Assembly: GCA_045106895.1 (NCBI GenBank)
Contig: JBGCFM010000081.1
Location: 1-64,000, forward strand
Direction: 5' to 3'
DNA length: 64,000 nucleotides
DNA from: Polyangiales bacterium
GTDB taxonomy: Bacteria; Myxococcota_A; Polyangia; Polyangiales; Houyiibacteriaceae
Both the position numbers and the translations under genes were made by a program. Positions 56,500 through 64,000 of the stretch are shown here, piece after piece (position 1 is the first letter of the stretch; every line of letters starts with the position of its first letter). A model generated the notes under the pieces. It saw only the letters and a program-made list of their open reading frames with translations, was not told the origin of the DNA and ran no database searches.

Positions 56500-57585
56500 A
56501 TGACGCAGGACTCAGAGACTGCTAAGGCAGCACCCGTGGAACCGACTCAGCCCTCAACTCCAAGCCAGCCCGCTCCTGAGCCCAGCTCGGCTCCGGTTAG
56601 CCCTGCGGCAAGCGACGTCGAAAACGTGAAGCGTTTGGCCGCGGCGCGCTCGCGCATCGAAGCCGAAATCGCCAAGCGCATCGTTGGTCAGCAGGACGTC
56701 GTCGAGCTTCTCCTGGTGTCGGTATTCGCGCGCGGTCATGGGCTCTTCGTCGGCGTGCCGGGCTTGGCCAAAACGCTCCTCGTGCAGACGCTCGCGGAGG
56801 TGCTCTCCCTCGAAAGTGCGCGCATCCAGTTCACGCCGGACCTGATGCCCGCGGACATCACAGGAACGGACGTTCTCGAGGAAGACCCCACCACCGGAAA
56901 GCGGTCCTTTCGTTTTGTGAAGGGGCCCGTCTTCACTCAGCTTCTCCTCGCCGACGAGATCAACCGAACGCCTCCAAAGACTCAGGCGGCGCTTCTTCAA
57001 GCCATGGCCGAGGGTCGCGTCACTGCCGGCGGCCAGACGCACGCGCTGGCCCAACCATACCTGGTTTTCGCGACGCAAAACCCCATCGAGCAGGAGGGCA
57101 CATACCCACTGCCGGAGGCGCAGCTGGACCGATTCCTTGTTCAGATCGACGTCGCCTACCCGAGCGCACGCGAAGAGTTCGACATCGTTCGCAGCACCAC
57201 GGACGGCAGCCGCGCCCAGCCGGAAGCTGTGCTGGATGAATCCGAGGTCCTCGCATTTCAGGAGCTTGTGCCCCGAATTCCCGTCGCGGAGCACGTTCTC
57301 AAACACGCCATCGGTCTCGTGCGCCGGAGTCGCCCCGAGGACGAAGAAGCGAGTCCCAAAGCCAAGGAGTATCTCTCCTTCGGCGCTGGGCCCCGTGCAG
57401 GGCAGGCGTTGATTCTCGGCGCGAAAGCGCTGGCGGCCCTCGAGGGTCGATTTGCCGCCGAGACCGACGACGTCGATCGACTCGCCAAAGCGGTGTTGCG
57501 GCACCGCCTCGTCCTCAACTTCAAGGCGGAAGCCGAAGGCATCCGTCGAGAAGACATCGTCGAGGCGCTTCTCCGCGGCGAGTAG
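56500..57585 (+). CDS. MoxR family AAA+ ATPase
   Basis: GVPGLAKT, RIQFTPDLMPADITG, LADEINRTPPKTQAALL, ATQNPIEQEGTYPLPEAQLDRF. Confidence 0.96.
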   Translation: MTQDSETAKAAPVEPTQPSTPSQPAPEPSSAPVSPAASDVENVKRLAAARSRIEAEIAKRIVGQQDVVELLLVSVFARGHGLFVGVPGLAKTLLVQTLAEVLSLESARIQFTPDLMPADITGTDVLEEDPTTGKRSFRFVKGPVFTQLLLADEINRTPPKTQAALLQAMAEGRVTAGGQTHALAQPYLVFATQNPIEQEGTYPLPEAQLDRFLVQIDVAYPSAREEFDIVRSTTDGSRAQPEAVLDESEVLAFQELVPRIPVAEHVLKHAIGLVRRSRPEDEEASPKAKEYLSFGAGPRAGQALILGAKALAALEGRFAAETDDVDRLAKAVLRHRLVLNFKAEAEGIRREDIVEALLRGE

Positions 57586-57588
57586 CCA

Positions 57589-58479
57589 GTGACCTCCGCT
57601 ACGCTCATTGGCGATGAGCTCGCCGCCCGCGCACGCGCCCTTCACTTTCGTGCGAAGGGGGTCGTCGAGAGCCTCCGTAGCGGGCTGCACAAGAGCGCCC
57701 ACCACGGTGCGAGCATGGTGTTCGCCGAGCACCGAGAATACCGCCCCGGAGACGACCCGCGGCGCCTAGACTGGCGCGCCTATGCGCGGTCCGGGAAGCC
57801 GGTCATCCGACGCTTTGAGCAGGAAGCCCAGCTCCGCGCCCAGCTTGTTCAGGACCGGTCCGCCTCGATGAACTGGAACGGGTTCGCCGGCGAGGGTCCC
57901 ACCAAACGAGAGTACGCGGCGGTCCTCTTGGCGAGCATCGCCCACCTATTGCAGGGCCAAGGAGACGCCGTCGGATGCCGTGCGCTGCACAGCCATGGCG
58001 GCCTCAAGCCTTCAGCGCGGCGCTCCCAGCTCTTGTCGATTCTGCGTCACCTGAGCGACCCCGCAGAGGGCGAAGAGACGCTCTCCTTGCACGCGTCCCT
58101 GGCGTCCATCGCCAGCAGCACACCGCGGCGTAGCCTCTTGGTCATCGCCTCGGATTTTCTTCATGTGGACGAAGACCTCGCCGGCATGCCGTGGAATATG
58201 TTGAGCGCGAAGGGCCGCGAGGTCATCGTCTTTCATGTGCTCCACGCCGATGAGGTGGCGCCGCCCAGCGAGCTGTCCGCGCGTTTCTTTGGACTCGAAA
58301 ACGAAGGCGAACTCGAAGCGGACATGTCGCGCGTCGGAGAGCGCTACCGGGGCGCCATGAATGAGTTTCGTGAGCAGGTACAGTCGCGCTGCGCGCAGGC
58401 CTCGATTCGTTATGTGGACGCCCGCATGGACCGCTCCGTGAGCGAAGTTCTCGCCGCTGGGCTCTGGGGAGCACGATGA
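57589..58479 (+). CDS. DUF58 family protein
   Basis: FAEHREYRPGDDPRRLDWR, DRSASM, IASDF. Confidence 0.92.
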   Translation: MTSATLIGDELAARARALHFRAKGVVESLRSGLHKSAHHGASMVFAEHREYRPGDDPRRLDWRAYARSGKPVIRRFEQEAQLRAQLVQDRSASMNWNGFAGEGPTKREYAAVLLASIAHLLQGQGDAVGCRALHSHGGLKPSARRSQLLSILRHLSDPAEGEETLSLHASLASIASSTPRRSLLVIASDFLHVDEDLAGMPWNMLSAKGREVIVFHVLHADEVAPPSELSARFFGLENEGELEADMSRVGERYRGAMNEFREQVQSRCAQASIRYVDARMDRSVSEVLAAGLWGAR

Positions 58480-58513
58480 ACGCTCCAATGAACGCCGTCG
58501 AAAGTGCGGGCTC

Positions 58514-60349
58514 GTGGGCATAGGCGTTCCCCTCGCGCTTCTGGCGGCCCTTGGCGTGATCTTGCCTATCGCTGCGCACCTCGCGCGTCAGCAAGACCTC
58601 CCGCGGATGGCGTTTCCCGCCCTCGCCCTCCTCCGCCACGCCGAGGCAGAGAGCAAAGAACGTGTTCGCGTCAAAGACCGGCCGCTGCTCTTGCTCCGCG
58701 TGCTCCTCATCGCCGCTCTCGCCTTCGCCGCTGCGGCACCCTTCGTCTGGCGTTCCGGCGCCTTCGCAGATGGACAGGTCTCCTCCTTGGTGCTCATCGT
58801 CGACGACTCCATGTCGATGGAGAGCGCACTCGACGACACCCAGGAGCGCGCCCTCGCCGCCATCAGTGCGCTTCCGAGCGGCTCCGAGGTCGCTGTCATC
58901 GCCGCCGGAAGGCCGGCGCGAGTCCTCTCTCCACTCACCGCCGACCTTGAGCTCGCGCGGGCCGCCGTCGAAGCAATGCGCACCGGGGGACGAGGTACGG
59001 ACCTGTCCGGCGCCGCAACGCTTGCCTCCGCTCAGCTTGCGCCGGCACGTTTCGCGCGACGAGTCCTCACGCTCAGTGATTTCGCCTACGAGGGCTCACC
59101 GGCATGGCCTCGAAATAGCGAGCTGGCGTTTGAACGCTCATCTCCCGCCGAAGGAAACTCTGCCGTCCTCGAGTGCTCCATCGCGCCGGACCCAACACGC
59201 GAGGGTTTTCACTCAATTCGCGCGTTGGTGCGCGCTCCGGAAGGCGTCTGGACGCTGCAGGTACTGCAGGGGGAACAGGTATTGAGCGAAGAGAGCGTCG
59301 AGGTCGGCCCCGACGGACAAGCCTCCCTCATCGTCGGCGTGCTGGTCCCAGCGGGTCAGGACGTGCTTCGTCTACACCTACAGAACGAAAGCGACCCCAT
59401 TCAAGCGGACAACACACGCGAGCTTTGGATGAGCGCGGCGAGCACACGCCGCGTGCTCATCATCGATGGCGACCCCCCGCAGGGCGAAGCTCGTTTCGTG
59501 AGTCGCGCTCTCGATGTCGCCCCGGCTCTTCCGGGTGGCGGACGTGTGGAATACCGCGTCGTCGACAAAGGGCGCTTCGCGACGATGTCCCTCGATGCCT
59601 TTGACGCGATTCTCATGCTCGACGCGGCGGTTCCCCACTCTGGACTTGAAGCGTTCGTTCAACGAGGCGGCGGCCTCGTCGTCGCGGCGGGCCCTCACGT
59701 GGAGCGAAGCTCACTCCGTGACATCTTGCCGGCCCGAATCGGCGAACGAAGAAGCGAAGTGGTCCACGCCGAGGGCGAGTGGCCGAGCGTGGAAGAGCTT
59801 TGGGCCTCGCAGTACGTCGAGCTCGAGCCGCGCGCAGGCAGTGAGGTGCTCGTGCGCTGGTCCTCAGGAAGCCCCGCGCTCGTCGCCGACGGTGGGGTCG
59901 CCGTGTTCTCCTCCGCGCTGGACGACGACTGGTCGGAACTCCCCTACGCGCCGGGCTTCGTCGCCTTCGTGCGCCGACTGGCAAGCGCCTTCGGCGAAGC
60001 CGAGCGCGCCTCGGGCACCTACACGGCCGGCGACGTCGTGCAGGTCCCGGATGGTGAGAGCGTCACCTTGCCAAATGGCGACGTCGTCTTTCACGAGAGC
60101 GGCACATTCACGGACACGGGCGACGTGGGGCACTACCAGCTCACCACGGGCGACGGCGGCGGCTTCGTTGTGGTGCCGGAGTCCCGCGAAAGCGAGGTGC
60201 GCCCCGGCGCGCTTCCGAGCGAACGCCGAAGCGACCAAGCGCGTGGGCCCGCGTCCAAAGCCCCTCTTGGCAACTGGGTGTTCTTGCTCTTTGGCCTCGG
60301 CGTCGTCGCCGAAGGCATGCTGCGTATCCGGCAGCGGACCGGACGCTAA
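58514..60349 (+). CDS. BatA N-terminal + vWA domain membrane protein
   Basis: P...LPIAAHL...FP..LL BatA motif; MIDAS DDSMSM, GTD, LSD; GGGL GATase-like segment; C-terminal TM. Confidence 0.88.
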   Translation: MGIGVPLALLAALGVILPIAAHLARQQDLPRMAFPALALLRHAEAESKERVRVKDRPLLLLRVLLIAALAFAAAAPFVWRSGAFADGQVSSLVLIVDDSMSMESALDDTQERALAAISALPSGSEVAVIAAGRPARVLSPLTADLELARAAVEAMRTGGRGTDLSGAATLASAQLAPARFARRVLTLSDFAYEGSPAWPRNSELAFERSSPAEGNSAVLECSIAPDPTREGFHSIRALVRAPEGVWTLQVLQGEQVLSEESVEVGPDGQASLIVGVLVPAGQDVLRLHLQNESDPIQADNTRELWMSAASTRRVLIIDGDPPQGEARFVSRALDVAPALPGGGRVEYRVVDKGRFATMSLDAFDAILMLDAAVPHSGLEAFVQRGGGLVVAAGPHVERSSLRDILPARIGERRSEVVHAEGEWPSVEELWASQYVELEPRAGSEVLVRWSSGSPALVADGGVAVFSSALDDDWSELPYAPGFVAFVRRLASAFGEAERASGTYTAGDVVQVPDGESVTLPNGDVVFHESGTFTDTGDVGHYQLTTGDGGGFVVVPESRESEVRPGALPSERRSDQARGPASKAPLGNWVFLLFGLGVVAEGMLRIRQRTGR

Positions 60350-61372
60350 CTACGGAACGATGATCCTGACTGGGTCAGAGACCACGTCCGCGAATAGGAC
60401 CCGAACATCGAAGGAGCGCGTATCGGCGGCCACACGGAACCTCAGGTCGATTTCGCCGAGACGATCCGTGCGTTCGCCGACGACCTCCGCCTCCACGACG
60501 CGGGGAGAACGTGCGCTCACGCCGATCGCCTGACCGACCACGGCCTGACACGACTGCGTCGTGCACGTCTCAAGACGAACGGTCACCACGCCCGTGCTCA
60601 TCGAGCTCGGGGGGACCGACGCGTCGGGCGATGTTCCCGCGTCCGCGGGCGAGGGAGAAGGCAACACCCACTCCTCGCTGTCGTCGACGAGGGTAACCTG
60701 CAGCCTAGCGCCGAGGCCGATGTCTGTGCACGACACGCTTTGTTCACCAAACACGACGTCGATGTTCGTTGGCAGCTCCTCGAGCGGCACCTCGATGTCC
60801 AGCGATGCGCCAGCGCTCTCAGGGCCAAGTCGAATGGCTGCGCTCGTATCGTCCCGAAGGACGTTCACCAAGCTTCCCGAGGGCAACGAAGACCCCAGCG
60901 TCACCAGAGCGTTCCGGCCATCGGGCGAGGGAAACGCCGTCCAAGAGACCGCGAAGGGCTCCACGGCAAACCAAGTTCGGGTCTCGAGGCCGGTTCCTTG
61001 ATGGACGCCAAGCCAGCCGGGCCCTGCGGTGACCGCGCGTATGCGAAGCTCCACGCCCGTGCGAACGGGCACGAAGGTCGCCAACGTTCCATCTTCGCGC
61101 ACGAAGCGCAGCCCGCCGCCGGCGCTCGCAATCCAACCTTCCCCGCTTTGCGCGTCTGCGACCGTCAAGCTCTCCGTGTCGCCCACGCGGAACACATCTT
61201 CGCCCAGCGTGCTCGGCTGACACCCGGGCAAGGAACTCTGACAGTCGCCTTCGGAGCAGCGGGAGAGCTGCAAAGGTTCGCTCGCGTTCGAGAGCGCGAA
61301 CCAGTCTCTGACAGGGTCCTCTTCGCACCCAAACAACCCGACAACGAGCGCGATGGCCATGGTGAATCTCAT
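60350..61372 (-). CDS. Hypothetical lipoprotein
   Basis: LFGC lipobox; beta-rich; ATGA overlap with the upstream gene. Confidence 0.65.
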   Translation of the reverse strand: MRFTMAIALVVGLFGCEEDPVRDWFALSNASEPLQLSRCSEGDCQSSLPGCQPSTLGEDVFRVGDTESLTVADAQSGEGWIASAGGGLRFVREDGTLATFVPVRTGVELRIRAVTAGPGWLGVHQGTGLETRTWFAVEPFAVSWTAFPSPDGRNALVTLGSSLPSGSLVNVLRDDTSAAIRLGPESAGASLDIEVPLEELPTNIDVVFGEQSVSCTDIGLGARLQVTLVDDSEEWVLPSPSPADAGTSPDASVPPSSMSTGVVTVRLETCTTQSCQAVVGQAIGVSARSPRVVEAEVVGERTDRLGEIDLRFRVAADTRSFDVRVLFADVVSDPVRIIVP

Positions 61373-63273
61373 TGGGAACCTCCGCCCAGCCCAGGTAGCG
61401 AGTCTCTCGTCAGAGCATCGTAAACACGCTTGAACACATCAAAGTCGAACGTCACGAAGATACCCATGCCGTGCGCGAGGCGCGTTTCCTCCGGGTAGCT
61501 CTCCGCCAAGTTCGGCAGAGTTGGCCCGTTCAGCATCGTTCCAGGAAGCGCCGTCGAAGCCGTTTGACGCAAGAGCTGGTAGGCGAACATGACCCCGACG
61601 GGCCCTCGGCCCACGTGAACACCCGCCAGCCAGCGGCGGGTTGGACGTAGCAAGTCGAGGCCAAGCCCGAGGCCGATCTCCCAGTCGTTTCGCATGAGCT
61701 GGCGCGGCATCGGATACGCCACGGCGAAGAAGGGGAGAACGGCATCCAGTTGCCAATCCCTGTCGTTCGTCACGACGTACGCATCCTGTGACTGCAGGCG
61801 GGCGAGCCCTGGGGTGTTGTCGCGGAAATACGCAAGCCCGAACCCCGCACGAAATCCCCAGTAGCGTTCGCCTTGAACGGTGAGCGTGTGGTGGCCTGAG
61901 CGCTCCTGACACTTCTCGGAGGCGTCCCCGTGGCAGATCGACAACCCATAATAGCCCGTCGAGGCCACGCCGACGCGCAGCACAAGGGAGCTCGACGCAC
62001 CGACGTCTTCCGCCGGGGACAGCACGCTCCGTTCTTGGGCGCTCGAGTCCGCGTCTTCCTCTTCGCCAAGTCCAAGCTCAAGACCGCGCTCGGCGCGCGT
62101 CGTCGTGACCAGGTTGTGGTTGATCCGTACCCCCACGTTTTGTCCACGCGGCAATCCGTGAACGCGAACGAAGAGCTCGTCGCCGTCTTCTACGTAAAAG
62201 CGGTCGTCGGGTCGGCCGAGGAAGCCCGCCCGATAATCGAACTCAAAGATTCGAGCGCGTCTATTGCTCGTTTCGAAGACTTCGCTCTCGACGACGTCGT
62301 AGGTGGCGACGGGCTGGGGTCGAAGAGCATGACAGACCTGTGCCTGATACTCCGCCCAGTTCGTGCGGGACGGGAGCTGCGTTGGCTGCATGAGTTCACG
62401 TTTCGCGCCCACCACCTTCGTCGCCGTCACCCGCAGGGCTTCAATGGACCCGAGCGGAGCGGCGCGCCTCTGCTGACGCAGATAAGTGCAGACGCGCGCC
62501 TTTGGTGAGCCTTGCGCCGCCGCATCACAGAGCGAGTCGCTCAATGTCGTTTGTTGGCGCGCGGTGTGGAAAGCGTCGATGGCCTCGCCGAGGGCGTCCG
62601 GCAGCGCGCCGGCTCTTCGAGATTCCGTCAGCGCGGAGTTGAGCGCGCTGAACGCAGGCGCCAGCTCACCAAGTAAGACGTCGAGCTCGGCGCTATAAGC
62701 GTCGCGCCCATTCTCCCATGCATGACGCAGCTGGACCTGGGCGAGGGTTTGAGAGGGCGAAAGGAGACCCGCTGCGCGAAGCGCGCTCTCAGAAGAGCCC
62801 TCCGCCGTTGGCGCGAAAACGACGATGCGGGCGGTGTCCGTGTACTCTCCCTCGGGGCGGACAGGCCACGAGAGCGGCGCAACGTGGTCATCCGCGGAGA
62901 ACATGCCGCAGTTCGACTGGCGTCCATGGGGTCCAAAACCCTGCAGCTGAACCCACGCTCCATCGGGGCTAAAACGTGAGAGGTCCAAGCCCCAGCTGAC
63001 CTCCAGGGGGTCTCCCTCCTGGTGGTCGTCAACGGCTTCCTCAAGGCCGTCGGGGCCGTCGTCATCCGCGGCTTCATCGCCGCGATAGATTCGCATCTCA
63101 CCGTCACGGAGTTCGATGGTCGCGACCACGTCGCTCGACGGTGCGTCACCGGAGCAGTTGTTCGGCGGAATGTAACTGCACTCGAAAGGCAAGCTCTCCT
63201 GCGCCAGAGCATGGGCCTGAAACATGAAAGCAAGGAGCGCGGCGCATGCGCTGGTTCTCTGATTTGGTGTCAT
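61369..63273 (-). CDS. Secreted hypothetical protein, possible C-terminal beta-barrel
   Basis: Signal peptide (ALA-Q); C-terminal alternating hydrophobic strands (WGFRAGFGLAY, WEIGLGLGLD, GIFVTFDF). Confidence 0.65.
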   Translation of the reverse strand: MTPNQRTSACAALLAFMFQAHALAQESLPFECSYIPPNNCSGDAPSSDVVATIELRDGEMRIYRGDEAADDDGPDGLEEAVDDHQEGDPLEVSWGLDLSRFSPDGAWVQLQGFGPHGRQSNCGMFSADDHVAPLSWPVRPEGEYTDTARIVVFAPTAEGSSESALRAAGLLSPSQTLAQVQLRHAWENGRDAYSAELDVLLGELAPAFSALNSALTESRRAGALPDALGEAIDAFHTARQQTTLSDSLCDAAAQGSPKARVCTYLRQQRRAAPLGSIEALRVTATKVVGAKRELMQPTQLPSRTNWAEYQAQVCHALRPQPVATYDVVESEVFETSNRRARIFEFDYRAGFLGRPDDRFYVEDGDELFVRVHGLPRGQNVGVRINHNLVTTTRAERGLELGLGEEEDADSSAQERSVLSPAEDVGASSSLVLRVGVASTGYYGLSICHGDASEKCQERSGHHTLTVQGERYWGFRAGFGLAYFRDNTPGLARLQSQDAYVVTNDRDWQLDAVLPFFAVAYPMPRQLMRNDWEIGLGLGLDLLRPTRRWLAGVHVGRGPVGVMFAYQLLRQTASTALPGTMLNGPTLPNLAESYPEETRLAHGMGIFVTFDFDVFKRVYDALTRDSLPGLGGGSQ

Positions 63274-63328
63274 CGGTTTCTCTTCGCGCGGCGGGCGTCC
63301 AACGTCCGGGCACGAAACCTCGAACACC

Positions 63329-63378
63329 AAACACAGAAAACCCGCGTGGCGGTACTCGAAGGTTGTACCACACGCGGG
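63329..63378 (-). terminator. Probable intrinsic terminator
   Basis: CCCGCGTG...CACGCGGG stem followed on the minus strand by TTTTCTGTGTTT. Confidence 0.55.
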
Positions 63379-63425
63379 ATCTTGGTCCGGGCCTAGCTCA
63401 GGCTGGCGCGACTGTGAAGACGAAG

Positions 63426-64000
63426 CTACTCGCTGGCGCCACGCCGCGCTGCGAGTCGGCTCTCGACCTCAAACGGAACGAGACCACGACCAGGCCCCTG
63501 CATCGCGCGCCGGAACATGCTGTAGCGGGCACCCGGGTGCCACATCAAGAATCCATCAGCGCCGCCGCGTTTCGCGCCCTGAACCTGGCGCGCCACGAAG
63601 CGAGGTGTGAAGCCCTCGGGCCCTGCACCACGGGCAAAAGCCTGAAGATACGGCCGGATCACCGGGCCGTCGCCGAGGCGTTCGCGAAGCCGGGCGACGC
63701 CGCTCTCGACCAAAAACCGCGAGCGGTCTGCGCGGTCGAGGTGCCACGTACGCATGGCGTTGATGTAGAGCATCGGCGAGTAGATATCGACGTGCTCGCG
63801 CCACGCTTCGAGGTCCTGACCGAGGCCGCTGGGGTCGCCGGTGCGGTACGCCGCGAGGCCGAACACATCGACGCCCAGAGGGATTCCGACGGCGGCGTCG
63901 ACTCGGCCGAGCATCTCCATGATGAGGTCCGAGCGGGAGGTGCCGTCTTCGGCGGGGTAACGCGCGTACTGCGTTCCGTCGTCGACGGGGAAACGAACGT
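63426..64000 (-). CDS. Putative glycoside hydrolase (DUF4015-like TIM barrel), C-terminal part
   Basis: VRFP at the window edge, VDVFG, GLGQD, DIYSPMLY, IRPYLQAF, FLMW; the gene starts beyond the window. Confidence 0.75.
   Translation of the reverse strand, partial: VRFPVDDGTQYARYPAEDGTSRSDLIMEMLGRVDAAVGIPLGVDVFGLAAYRTGDPSGLGQDLEAWREHVDIYSPMLYINAMRTWHLDRADRSRFLVESGVARLRERLGDGPVIRPYLQAFARGAGPEGFTPRFVARQVQGAKRGGADGFLMWHPGARYSMFRRAMQGPGRGLVPFEVESRLAARRGASE

Noticed and set aside
58476..58523. 15-codon mini-ORF (MNAPMNAVESAGSWA) overlapping the DUF58 stop and the BatA start; possible frameshift
   Set aside because: The BatA motif aligns well from GTG 58514, so no frameshift is needed; the mini-ORF is too short to support.

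Overview
High-GC bacterial chromosomal segment. It is most likely myxobacterial (Polyangiales/Sandaracinaceae-like), inferred from a MYXO-CTERM-type tail, a Ser/Thr kinase-ATPase-TPR fusion and an FHA-GAF-cyclase. Housekeeping blocks (gap-pgk-tpiA-secG; hisC-aroA-cmk-rpsA; rpoZ; groES-groEL) are interspersed with many uncharacterised envelope and signalling genes. I found no rRNA, tRNA, CRISPR array or transposase. Most notable: (i) a second CIRCE-like operator and overlapping promoter in front of an uncharacterised two-gene operon divergent from groESL, suggesting an undescribed HrcA-regulated module; (ii) an orphan FliA-type sigma factor plus T3SS inner-rod-like gene, followed by a 17-bp tandem duplication; (iii) a coupled HTTM-like membrane protein/partner/phosphatase trio; (iv) a CxxCH lipoprotein plus Tat-exported DUF1501-like pair; (v) a DUF4175-peptidase-MoxR-DUF58-BatA/vWA cluster; (vi) a sigma54-type promoter before a tiny helical protein; (vii) a palindrome over the gap promoter. 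All family assignments come from motif recognition by eye; no database search was run.
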